From Ignavibacteria bacterium UBA2373 (lineage in GTDB: Bacteria > Bacteroidota > Ignavibacteria > Kapaibacteriales > UBA961): a stretch of 64,000 nucleotides of DNA. A program made the translations under genes and the position numbers. This document shows, piece after piece, positions 38,881 to 48,281 of the stretch. The stretch covers positions 317 through 64,316 of the forward strand of contig DDTD01000046.1 in the NCBI GenBank assembly GCA_002344005.1, given 5' to 3'. How positions within the stretch are numbered: position 1 is the first letter of the stretch; the number at the start of each line of letters is the position of its first letter. Under the pieces are notes generated by a model. That model searched no databases. It was given only the letters and a program-made list of their open reading frames with translations, and was not told the origin of the DNA.

Positions 38881-40428
38881 ATGGAACCAACTATCATTCT
38901 CATCGCAGTTGCCGCAGTAGTCTTATTTATTACAATTACAGCACTCATTTCACGTTACAAACGTTGTCCTTCCGATAAAATTCTTGTCATTTATGGCAGA
39001 ACAGGAGGTACATCCGCACGATGTGTTCATGGTGGCGGCTCTTTCATATGGCCCGTTATACAAGATTATTCATTTCTTGATTTAAAACCCCTATCCATCG
39101 AAGCTAATCTTACGAATGCACTAAGCCGTCAAAATATCCGAGTTGATGTGCCTTGTCGGTTTACCATCGCAATATCTACTGAACCCGAAAATATGAATAC
39201 AGCAGCTGAACGCTTGCTTGGACTGTCATCGGAAAATATTCAAGAATTAGCCAAAGATATATTATTCGGTCAATTACGATTAGTTATTGCCACAATGACT
39301 ATCGAAGAAATAAACTCAGATCGAGATAAATTCTTAGATAATATTTCAAAAAATGTGGACTCTGAACTTAAAAAAATCGGTCTCAAATTAATCAATGTCA
39401 ATGTCACAGATATCAAAGATGAATCCGGCTATATTGAAGCATTGGGTAAAGAAGCTGCCGCAAAAGCTATAAATGAGGCAAAAGTCAGTGTTGCAGAACA
39501 AGAAAAAATCGGTGAAACCGGTAAAGCTCTTGCCGACAGAGAAAAAGATACACAAATTGCAGAAACTCACAGAGACAGAGATGTGAAAATTGCAATAACA
39601 CAAAAAGACAGAGAAATCAGCATCGCTGCAACGCAAAAAGATAAAGAAATCAGCATTGCATCTGCAAAAAAAGATGAGTCAATAGGAAAAGCTGAAGCCG
39701 AAAGAGACACAAGGATTAAAACATCAGAGGCAAATGCTATTGCAATTCAAGGTGAAAATGAAGCACGCATAGCCATAGCAAATTCCGAAGCTCTGCGCCG
39801 TGAAAAAGAAGCAGAATCAATGCGCATTGCTATTTCAGCAGAAAAAGTACAACAAGCAAAAGCGTTGGAAGCCGCTTATATGGCTGAACAAAAAGCAGAA
39901 TTAGCGCGTTCTGAAAGAGAACGTTCAACACAAATTGCAAATATTGTGATACCGGCAGAAATTGCAAAACAAAGAGCCATCATTGAAGCGCAGGCAGAAG
40001 CCGAAAAAATCCGAGAAAAAGCAAAAGGCGAAGCTGATGCTATCTTTGCAAAAATGGAAGCAGAAGCCAAAGGATTATTCGAAATACTAACAAAACAAGC
40101 AGAAGGATACAAAGATGTTGTATCGGCAGCAGGTGGAGACCCGACCAAAGCATTTCAATTATTACTGATTGAAAAATTACCCGAACTGGTAAAAACGCAA
40201 GTAGAAGCTGTAAAAAATATTAAAATTGATAAAATTACTGTCTGGGACTCAGGTAATACTACAAATGGGAACGGATCAACCGCCAATTTTGTGTCGGGTA
40301 TGATGAAAACGGTTCCCCCACTCAATGATTTATTTAATATGGCAGGTTTAAGTTTACCAACATATTTAGCTAGCCCAAACTCAGAATCTGAGTCAGAATC
40401 GAATATGACAGAAAAAAATGCACAATGA
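38881..40428 (+). CDS. flotillin family (SPFH/Band-7) protein, YqiK-like
   Basis: N-terminal TM segment, SPFH region (..RCPSDKILVIYGR..IEANLTNALSRQNIRVDV..) and a long Ala/Glu/Lys coiled coil; 515 aa. Confidence 0.85.
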   Translation: MEPTIILIAVAAVVLFITITALISRYKRCPSDKILVIYGRTGGTSARCVHGGGSFIWPVIQDYSFLDLKPLSIEANLTNALSRQNIRVDVPCRFTIAISTEPENMNTAAERLLGLSSENIQELAKDILFGQLRLVIATMTIEEINSDRDKFLDNISKNVDSELKKIGLKLINVNVTDIKDESGYIEALGKEAAAKAINEAKVSVAEQEKIGETGKALADREKDTQIAETHRDRDVKIAITQKDREISIAATQKDKEISIASAKKDESIGKAEAERDTRIKTSEANAIAIQGENEARIAIANSEALRREKEAESMRIAISAEKVQQAKALEAAYMAEQKAELARSERERSTQIANIVIPAEIAKQRAIIEAQAEAEKIREKAKGEADAIFAKMEAEAKGLFEILTKQAEGYKDVVSAAGGDPTKAFQLLLIEKLPELVKTQVEAVKNIKIDKITVWDSGNTTNGNGSTANFVSGMMKTVPPLNDLFNMAGLSLPTYLASPNSESESESNMTEKNAQ

Positions 40429-40800
40429 TAGCATTATTACGGCAACGTATAAACCCTGTTTTGACTGCACCTCACTTAGAGCAAAAAGGAATATTGTGAC
40501 TTTTTAAGCAATAATCATACATCGGACAATACCTTATCAAAACAAAAAGGTATTTAATGAAAGGAAATAGACAAAAATATTGCGAAGAAGTTATAGTATT
40601 CCTTTCACAACAATAGTGTACATCAAACATTGCATAGAAAAACATACAATTTCATGACAAAAATTCTTAAAGGAATCATCACATTACTTATGTATTTTAC
40701 ATGTCAAGGACATGACTAAATGAACTGAAGAAAGTTCAAGTAGTCCACATGACATCATCAAGATACACATTCTTGTATATAGTCCGAGATATTATCATCA

Positions 40801-40971
40801 CTTCATGAGGAATTGATTTTGCATTTAATGTCATTTCCTAATGTTCTCATTACTGCACATCAGGCATTTTTTACTCATGAAGCAATGACAGAAATAGCCC
40901 AAACCACTTTGGGAAATATAACTGATTTTGAGCAAGGTTTAGTATTACAAAACACAGTTGGTCAAACATAA
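40801..40971 (+). pseudogene. relic of the 3' end of a D-isomer-specific 2-hydroxyacid (D-lactate) dehydrogenase gene
   Basis: The in-frame translation LHEELILHLMSFPNVLITAHQAFFTHEAMTEIAQTTLGNITDFEQGLVLQNTVGQT* aligns with the LdhA C-terminus (..NVLFTGHQAFLTAEALTSISQTTLQNLSNLEKG..). Stops occur immediately upstream in the same frame (TAG at 40741, TGA at 40750). There is no N-terminal ~270 aa. Confidence 0.75.
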
Positions 40972-41019
40972 TGTTAATATGATTTTGCTGTTATTTTTAA
41001 CAAAAAGATAGTGTAAAAA

Positions 41020-41913
41020 ATGGAGATGACAATGATAAATACCGTAAAACGACGTGTCTATGTACGTTATATTAAAGATGTTATCCTCATAACGCTTGGG
41101 GTAATCATGGCAAGTATTGGCTTAAAAGGTTTTTTATTGCCCAACGGTTTCTTAGATGGCGGCGCAATGGGTGTTTCTTTATTACTGAATATTTTCACTA
41201 AAATAGATTTAGGTATTCTTATTATTGCAGTAAACTTGCCGTTTATTATTATGAGTGTACGTCAAATATCTAAAGAGTTTGCCCTAAAAAGTATTTTGGC
41301 AATCATTGTTCTCTCTCTATTAGTACATTTTTTACAACTCCCCGTTTTTACGAAAGATACTCTCTTGATTGCAGTATTCGGCGGTTTTTTTCTTGGTGCC
41401 GGCATAGGATTCGCAATTAGAGGTGGAGCAGTAATAGACGGCACAGAAGTTATGGCAATTACTGTAAGTCGAAGAAGTAGTCTGACGGTTGGTGATTTTA
41501 TAGCTGTTTTTAACACTATATTATTTTTAATTGCTGCTGTTTTATTAAATATCGAAACAGCTATGTACTCCATTCTAACATATTTGTCTGCGTCAAAAAC
41601 TGTGGACTTTATCATCAATGGCATTGAGGAATATATTGGAGTTTATGTCGTTTCTCCTAAAGCAGAAGAAATCAAAACACAGATTACGGAATATTTGGGC
41701 AAAGGAGTCACTGTATTTAAGACCGATAAGGGATATGGCACAAGAGGCGATTTTGAACATGAGGGAGGACGTGCCTTATTTTGTGTGGTAACACGTTTAG
41801 AAGTTACAAAATTGATTTTAGAAATAGAAAAAATTGATGCAAAAGCATTTATTGTCCAACATTCAATTAATGATATTAAAGGAGGAATGGTCAAAAAACG
41901 ACCGCTGCATTAG
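41020..41913 (+). CDS. YitT family membrane protein (DUF2179 C-terminal domain)
   Basis: GFLLPNGFLDGGAMGVSLL, GGAVIDGTEVMA and the C-terminal VTRLEVTKLILEIEKIDAKAFIVQ pattern. Confidence 0.75.
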   Translation: MEMTMINTVKRRVYVRYIKDVILITLGVIMASIGLKGFLLPNGFLDGGAMGVSLLLNIFTKIDLGILIIAVNLPFIIMSVRQISKEFALKSILAIIVLSLLVHFLQLPVFTKDTLLIAVFGGFFLGAGIGFAIRGGAVIDGTEVMAITVSRRSSLTVGDFIAVFNTILFLIAAVLLNIETAMYSILTYLSASKTVDFIINGIEEYIGVYVVSPKAEEIKTQITEYLGKGVTVFKTDKGYGTRGDFEHEGGRALFCVVTRLEVTKLILEIEKIDAKAFIVQHSINDIKGGMVKKRPLH

Positions 41914-41991
41914 TATTCTGCTTTCTCTCTATTTCTGTTTTTCACTGCTATATATATCATACGATAAATCTTCTACCAATTAAATGTCAGC

Positions 41992-44565
41992 ATGAATATC
42001 TACAATGAGTCCATTTCCAATATATTACAAGCTCAGAATACTACGACGCAAGGATTATCATCTGTCGAAGCACAAAAGCGTTTAACAATTTTTGGTTTCA
42101 ATGAATTGCAAGAAAAGAAGAACCTTCCGGTTTGGATGATTTTCTTGAATCAATTCAAAGACTTTATGATCATTGTCTTGCTTGCGGCTGCCGTTTTGTC
42201 GGGAATTATGGGCGATTTAACAGATACCATTATTATTCTTGTGATTGTGGTACTTAATGCAATCATTGGTTTCACTCAAGAGTTCCGCGCAGAAAAAGCT
42301 ATGGAAGCACTCAAAAAAATGAGTATTACCCAAACACAAGTGCTTCGTGATAATCAATCTATTATTATTTCTTCCAGAGAATTAGTACCCGGAGATGTCG
42401 TTATTATTGAATCCGGAAATGTAGTGCCTGCTGATATGCGCTTAATGGAAACTCACAGTGTGCGAATAGACGAATCTTCCTTAACGGGCGAATCGGTTGC
42501 TGTGGATAAAAACAGTAATGAATTGAGTGAACACAATATCCCTCTTGGCGACCAATATAATATGGCTTTTAAAGGTACTTTAGTAACAAATGGAAGAGCA
42601 AAAGGCGTCGTTATTGCTACCGGTATGCAAACAGAATTAGGAAAGATTGCCAATCTTTTACAAGAAAACGAAGCCATGACTCCTTTACAAGCCAGAATGG
42701 TACAATTCGGAAAAAGACTTTCTTATATAGTATTGGCAATCTGCTTGGTTTTATTTATTACAGGGCTTTTACGTGGCGATGAGCCTTTCGCAATGTTACT
42801 GCTTTCCATTAGTCTTGCCGTTGCAGCTATTCCTGAAGCATTACCGGCAATGATAACGATTGTTTTATCAGGGGGTGCGTCTCGGTTGGCAAAAATAAAT
42901 GCTCTTGTACGAAAATTACCGTCTGTAGAAACATTAGGTTCTGCAACATATATATGCAGCGATAAAACAGGTACTTTAACACTTAATAAAATGAGAGTAG
43001 TGGAAAAACACGAAGTTTCTCCTTTGCTGTCTTTGTCCATTGCACTTAATCATGATGTACAATTTAATAACTGCGAAGAGCTTTTTGGCGAATCTACGGA
43101 ATTAGCTTTGGTAGAAAACATTGTAGAGAATCTTCATTATGAAAATTTTATTGAGATAAACAAAACACATATTCGCCTTGCAGAATTGCCATTTGATTCT
43201 GAAAGAAAATGTATGACAACAGTGCATGATTATGATGGACAATTTTTGATAATCACCAAAGGGGCAAGTGAAACAATATTTGAAACTCTCACTAATAATA
43301 ATGAACAAGAAATTTTGAAGCAATATTCTGATACATGGGCGAATGAAGGGATGAGAGTATTGGCGTATGCATATAAAATTGTCACAGAATTACCTACTCC
43401 TTTTATATATGAAACAGTAGAAAACAATTTATCACTTGCCGGAATTGTCGGCTTATTAGATCCACCGCGAGAAGAAGTAAAAGTTGCAATTAGTGAATGT
43501 AAAACAGCAGGTATCAAACCCGTTATGATTACCGGCGATCATCCGGCAACTGCAAAAGCGATTGCAAAAAAAATAGGTATTTTGAGTGACAAAGATTTAG
43601 TCATGACAGGTTCTGAACTGCATAATATCAGCGATGAAGATTTTATGGAACAGGTAGAAAAAGTATCTGTGTATGCTCGCGTCTCTCCTGAACAAAAACT
43701 TCGTATAGTGCGAACATTGCAAAGCAAAGGACATTTTGTGTCTATGACAGGTGATGGAGTCAATGATGCTCCCTCGCTGAAAGCTGCAAATATTGGCGTC
43801 GCAATGGGTATAAACGGCACCGATGTAAGTAAGGAAGCAGCTGATTTGGTATTACTCGATGATAATTTTGCCACAATTGTCAATGCAGTAAAAGAAGGAA
43901 GACGTATTTATGATAATATCCGAAAATTCATTAAATATACAATGACAAGTAATGCAGGAGAAATTTGGACTATTTTTCTTGCTCCTTTATTAGGCTTACC
44001 AATCCCGCTATTGCCTGTTCATATTCTTTGGATAAATCTTGTCACAGATGGCTTACCCGGCTTGGCTCTGGCTATAGAACCGGCAGAAAAAAATATCATG
44101 AATATTTCTCCTCGTAAACCCGATGAAAGTATTTTTTCCGATGGCTTGGGATGGCATATTTTATGGGTTGGTCTATTGATGGGTGCTGTATGTTTAGGAT
44201 TACAAGCATGGGCTCTACATATCAATGACTCTAAATGGCAAACATATGTATTTACTGTCCTTTGTTTCAGCCAAATGGGACATGTATTTTCAATTCGCAG
44301 TCATCATTATTTTCTTTTCCAACAAGGTATATTTACTAACATGCCCTTGGTCGGAGCAGTATTTCTCACCTTTATATTACAACTTGCTCTCATCTATATT
44401 CCATTTTTGCAAGATGTTTTCCACACCCAAGCCCTTACTTTACATGAATTAGCAATGTGTATCCTTGTGTCTTTGATTGTGTTTCACGGCGTAGAGTTTG
44501 AGAAATGGATACGAAGAAAGTCAAGCCATACATCCAATAAGCAACATGTAAAAGAACTTTTTTAA
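41992..44565 (+). CDS. cation-transporting P-type ATPase (Ca2+-ATPase-like, P2 type)
   Basis: LTGESVAV, CSDKTGTLT, MITGDHPATA and TGDGVNDAPSLK, with 10-TM architecture; 857 aa. Confidence 0.92.
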   Translation: MNIYNESISNILQAQNTTTQGLSSVEAQKRLTIFGFNELQEKKNLPVWMIFLNQFKDFMIIVLLAAAVLSGIMGDLTDTIIILVIVVLNAIIGFTQEFRAEKAMEALKKMSITQTQVLRDNQSIIISSRELVPGDVVIIESGNVVPADMRLMETHSVRIDESSLTGESVAVDKNSNELSEHNIPLGDQYNMAFKGTLVTNGRAKGVVIATGMQTELGKIANLLQENEAMTPLQARMVQFGKRLSYIVLAICLVLFITGLLRGDEPFAMLLLSISLAVAAIPEALPAMITIVLSGGASRLAKINALVRKLPSVETLGSATYICSDKTGTLTLNKMRVVEKHEVSPLLSLSIALNHDVQFNNCEELFGESTELALVENIVENLHYENFIEINKTHIRLAELPFDSERKCMTTVHDYDGQFLIITKGASETIFETLTNNNEQEILKQYSDTWANEGMRVLAYAYKIVTELPTPFIYETVENNLSLAGIVGLLDPPREEVKVAISECKTAGIKPVMITGDHPATAKAIAKKIGILSDKDLVMTGSELHNISDEDFMEQVEKVSVYARVSPEQKLRIVRTLQSKGHFVSMTGDGVNDAPSLKAANIGVAMGINGTDVSKEAADLVLLDDNFATIVNAVKEGRRIYDNIRKFIKYTMTSNAGEIWTIFLAPLLGLPIPLLPVHILWINLVTDGLPGLALAIEPAEKNIMNISPRKPDESIFSDGLGWHILWVGLLMGAVCLGLQAWALHINDSKWQTYVFTVLCFSQMGHVFSIRSHHYFLFQQGIFTNMPLVGAVFLTFILQLALIYIPFLQDVFHTQALTLHELAMCILVSLIVFHGVEFEKWIRRKSSHTSNKQHVKELF

Positions 44566-44759
44566 CACGCCTGATTCAATGGAACAAAGTCTGAAATAGC
44601 CCATTAAATTTTTAGTATCAAATACTTGTTGAGAAATTTCAAAGTTGAAAATAAATATTGATTATAATTAAACCTCTTTTGTGTCTATAGCCTCTAAGCC
44701 GGCGATTGCAATTTTTTATGGTTACATATATTTTTTCATTTTTCACAAGGATTGTATTT

Positions 44760-45095
44760 ATGAATACCTCAAAAAAAATTTCGGTACTCGCACTACTCAC
44801 ATGCACTATAGTACTCTTTTCGCCATCAAACCATCTTTTTGCACGCGGCGATGGTCACATGAAAAAAATCTTGAAAGAACTCAATTTGACTGAAGAACAA
44901 AAATCAAAGATGAAAGAAATGATGAAAGATTTTCGTGCAGAACACGGCAAAAAAGAAGATAAATCCCGTGAAGAGAAACGCGAAATTGCCCAAGAACTCG
45001 ATGCAAAAATCAAAACAATTCTGACTTCAGAACAACTAGCAAAATATGAAACTCTTAAAGCAGAACACAAAGAGAAAAAACGTGGGAGAAAGTAA
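44760..45095 (+). CDS. Spy/CpxP-like (LTxxQ motif) periplasmic protein
   Basis: Start taken at MNTSKKISVLALLTCTIVLFS (signal). LTEEQKSKM and LTSEQLAKY motifs. Lys/Glu-rich. Confidence 0.6.
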   Translation: MNTSKKISVLALLTCTIVLFSPSNHLFARGDGHMKKILKELNLTEEQKSKMKEMMKDFRAEHGKKEDKSREEKREIAQELDAKIKTILTSEQLAKYETLKAEHKEKKRGRK

Positions 45096-45143
45096 GCACT
45101 CTGCAAAACTTTACCAAGAACGAAAGTAGATATAGGAATGGAA

Positions 45144-45179
45144 AGTGATGCTTCCAACAAAGGAGCATCACTTTTATTT
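45144..45179 (+). terminator. rho-independent terminator
   Basis: Stem agtgatgct(t)cc / ggagcatcact with loop aacaaa, followed by ttttatttg. Confidence 0.65.
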
Positions 45180-45250
45180 GTGATTTATCATCTGAATTAC
45201 CTGTTTCTGCCGTAATTTTGACACATCATACGACTTTATTCGGCTTTGCT

Positions 45251-47443
45251 ATGTCTTTACGGCAACTTATTACAACATTCTTGATTATCACAGCGTGCTT
45301 GTTTGCGGCTGTTGGCTTAATACTCTTTTTTATCATCAATGGTAATGTACCTTCTTTCGATGAACTCGAAAACCCCAAGCAGGATCTGGCAACACGGATT
45401 ATGAGTGCAGATGGCGATGTATTGGACTATTTTTTCATTGAACGGAGAACACAATTGCCGTATGACAGCATCCCCCCCGCATTTATCGAAGCACTTATTG
45501 CAACCGAAGATAGAGAATTTTACAATCACTATGGGGTACATACTACCCGCACTTTCAAAGCGATATTCAAGAATATTTTTATGGGCAAAAGAGAAGGTGC
45601 TTCGACAATTACGCAGCAACTTGCCCGCAAATTATTTTTAGATCAATCCCCTACCTTGCGCCGTAAGATTCTCGAGGCATTCACCGCTATTAAGATTGAA
45701 CAAACCTACACAAAAAGAGAAATCATTGAATTATATGCCAATACCGTATGGTTTGGCCGTGGTGCATATGGCTTACAAGTTGCCTCTCAACTCTTTTTTG
45801 GTAAAAGTCCGAAGCAACTGACAACAGCCGAATGTGCGTATATGGTTGCCATACTCAAGAATCCTGTGGGTTATGATGCTCTCAACAACTATGAACGCGC
45901 CATTGGCAGAAGAAACCTTGTTCTTTCGATGATGATGGAACATGGAAATCTTAGTGCGAAAGAATATACAGAATCTATTGATCAACCAATCGCGATGCCC
46001 CCCAAAAAACAACAATCGCGCCTTGGTATTGCACCGCACTTTGTTGAATTAGTGCGTCAAACACTCGAAAAAGATGAAAATGGTGAATTCGGCACTAAAG
46101 GCTATGATCTTTACCGTGATGGTTTAATTATTCATACAACCCTTAACACTAAAATTCAACGCTATGCCAATGCTGCTGTCGAAGAGCATTTAATCGGTTT
46201 TCAAAATCAATTTGATAAAACATGGAAATGGGTTAATAATAAAGAACTTCTCGGTTCATTGTTATCTGCTGCGATTCGTGCAAAAGCAGATTATATTGCT
46301 GCGGAGACAGAACAAGAAAAACGAGCAATAAGCGATAAATATAAAGCAAATAAGAGTTTTATTGACTCAGTCAAACGACGCTCTACATTAATTCAGACAG
46401 GTGTTGTTGTGCTGAATCCAATGACGGGTGCAATTGTCGGCATGGTAGGAGCTTCTCCGCAAGCAATGCGCATGACACCCGAAGCTCGATACTCGCTCAA
46501 CCATGCAGTACAAATAAAAAGACAGCCCGGCTCATCCTTTAAACCCTTTGTGTATGCTTCTGCGCTAGAAGATGGTTTATCCCCCTCTTCTCTTGTGGAA
46601 AGCGGTCCCTATTCTTACACTTTCCCTTCAGGCGAGGTATGGTCGCCTTCGGGCAGTAATACTGAGGGCGGTCCAATTCCACTAAGTTCAGCATTGCGGT
46701 TTTCCATTAATTCGGTAGCAGCACGCTTAATAACCGAACATACTACTGCGGAACATGTCGTTCAATTAGCGCGGCGCTGCGGTATAGTGTCCCCATTAGA
46801 TGCATATCCGGCACTTGCTTTGGGTGCAGAGGAGGTCAGACCATTGGAGATTACTTCCGCTTATGGCACTTTTCTGAATCAAGGTATTCATATTCCTCCT
46901 TTTTTCATCACTAAAATTGAAGATCGCATGGGGAATATTCTTTATGAAAGAAAAAAATCAAAAAAAGTGATAGATGCCATGCGACAAAGAACAGCACAAT
47001 CAATGGTACGTATGATGGAAGGCGTTGTCAATGCCGGTACTGCTTCTTCTATTCGTCAATTTTACAAATATGCTGCCGCAGGTAAAACAGGCACAACGAA
47101 TGATTATGCAGATGCATGGTTTATTGGGTTTACGCCCGAACTTGTGGCAGGTATCTGGACAGGATTCGACAATCGCAAAGTCAAATTTCAGGGCTGGTAT
47201 GGGCAAGGCGGAAGAGCCGCTGCTCCAATTTTCGGACGTTTGATGAAAAAGGTGTATGATGATCAATCGCTCGGTTTTAATCAAAAAACTTTCCACTTTT
47301 CAGGCATTCCTGCTGATTCTACCGTCGGTACGGTCAATTTCTTCGACCCACCTCCCGAAGGTATAATCCCATCACAAGTAATAGATTCGGTGGGCGGTAT
47401 AGCAGACACGGCAAAACAGATTCGATTGCCGCGTCTCAACTGA
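45251..47443 (+). CDS. mrcA: penicillin-binding protein 1A (bifunctional glycosyltransferase/transpeptidase)
   Basis: GT51 motifs EDREFYNHYGV and GASTITQQLAR. Transpeptidase motifs SSFKP and KTGTT. ATG at 45251 (the track start at 45218 is TTG). Confidence 0.9.
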   Translation: MSLRQLITTFLIITACLFAAVGLILFFIINGNVPSFDELENPKQDLATRIMSADGDVLDYFFIERRTQLPYDSIPPAFIEALIATEDREFYNHYGVHTTRTFKAIFKNIFMGKREGASTITQQLARKLFLDQSPTLRRKILEAFTAIKIEQTYTKREIIELYANTVWFGRGAYGLQVASQLFFGKSPKQLTTAECAYMVAILKNPVGYDALNNYERAIGRRNLVLSMMMEHGNLSAKEYTESIDQPIAMPPKKQQSRLGIAPHFVELVRQTLEKDENGEFGTKGYDLYRDGLIIHTTLNTKIQRYANAAVEEHLIGFQNQFDKTWKWVNNKELLGSLLSAAIRAKADYIAAETEQEKRAISDKYKANKSFIDSVKRRSTLIQTGVVVLNPMTGAIVGMVGASPQAMRMTPEARYSLNHAVQIKRQPGSSFKPFVYASALEDGLSPSSLVESGPYSYTFPSGEVWSPSGSNTEGGPIPLSSALRFSINSVAARLITEHTTAEHVVQLARRCGIVSPLDAYPALALGAEEVRPLEITSAYGTFLNQGIHIPPFFITKIEDRMGNILYERKKSKKVIDAMRQRTAQSMVRMMEGVVNAGTASSIRQFYKYAAAGKTGTTNDYADAWFIGFTPELVAGIWTGFDNRKVKFQGWYGQGGRAAAPIFGRLMKKVYDDQSLGFNQKTFHFSGIPADSTVGTVNFFDPPPEGIIPSQVIDSVGGIADTAKQIRLPRLN

Positions 47444-47602
47444 TAAGAATACATTCATAAGCCGATGACAAAAGGAAATAATGCTCAATTTATGGTGGCA
47501 GTTTTGCTTTTTTGTACGGATATATGTCAAAAAAGCCGATTTTTGCAGATAAAGTGTGTCATTGTTGGCATATCATAATTTGTTTACTTGAAAGAAATAT
47601 AC

Positions 47603-48259
47603 ATGGTTTTTTATACTTTTTCTGAACAACAACCATCCCTCGCCATTGGTACAATGTACTGCATTGGACGCAATTTTGCAGCTCATGCTCGTGAAATGGG
47701 TGCTGAAGTACCTGCCGGTGCTCCTTTGGTGTTTCTGAAACCCCCATCTGCATATACTCCACATACAGGATTAGTCACTATTCCTAAATTTTCAAATAAC
47801 TTACATCACGAAGTGGAGCTGGTTGTCATTATCGGTAAAGACGGTGATACTATCACCGAACAAGAAGCAAGAGACTACATTATCGGCTATGCAGTAGGCG
47901 TTGATCTTACTTTGCGTGATATACAAACCATTGCTAAGCAAAAAGGTGAACCATGGGCAACCGCCAAATCATTTCGTGGATCGGCTCCTCTTAGCGCGGT
48001 TATTCCCCCCCACAGTATTGATGATACCAATGCAGAACTTGAACTCTATGTGAACGGTGAATTACGGCAAAAAGGCAATACGAATCAAATGGAACGAAGT
48101 GTTCCGGCACTTATCGCCTATATTTCTTCTGTGTTTGGCTTACGGCGTGGTGATTGTATTTTTACCGGCACACCGGAAGGCGTTGCACAAATTCACAGTC
48201 AATCACATGTGAAAGCTATACTAAACTCGCACACTGTTCTTGAATTTACGGTTGAATAA
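47603..48259 (+). CDS. fumarylacetoacetate hydrolase (FAH) family protein
   Basis: YCIGRNFAAHAREMG, HHEVELVVIIGK and GDCIFTGTPEGV. ATG at 47603. Confidence 0.85.
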   Translation: MVFYTFSEQQPSLAIGTMYCIGRNFAAHAREMGAEVPAGAPLVFLKPPSAYTPHTGLVTIPKFSNNLHHEVELVVIIGKDGDTITEQEARDYIIGYAVGVDLTLRDIQTIAKQKGEPWATAKSFRGSAPLSAVIPPHSIDDTNAELELYVNGELRQKGNTNQMERSVPALIAYISSVFGLRRGDCIFTGTPEGVAQIHSQSHVKAILNSHTVLEFTVE

Positions 48260-48281
48260 TAACAGAAAAATCGGTCTAATT

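Noticed and set aside
40429-41991. Riboswitch (e.g. a yybP-ykoY Mn-type or M-box) ahead of YitT or the P-type ATPase
   Set aside because: I looked for the conserved GGGGAGUAG-type core and found none. The YitT-ATPase spacer is only 78 nt. The long region upstream of YitT is better explained by the LdhA gene relic.
44681-44893. ORF 44681..44893 (+), and the N-terminal extension of 44706..45095
   Set aside because: The first is an alternate frame overlapping the LTxxQ gene and has no motifs. For the LTxxQ gene, the internal ATG at 44760 yields a canonical signal peptide, whereas the upstream extension is hydrophobic junk with a non-ATG start.
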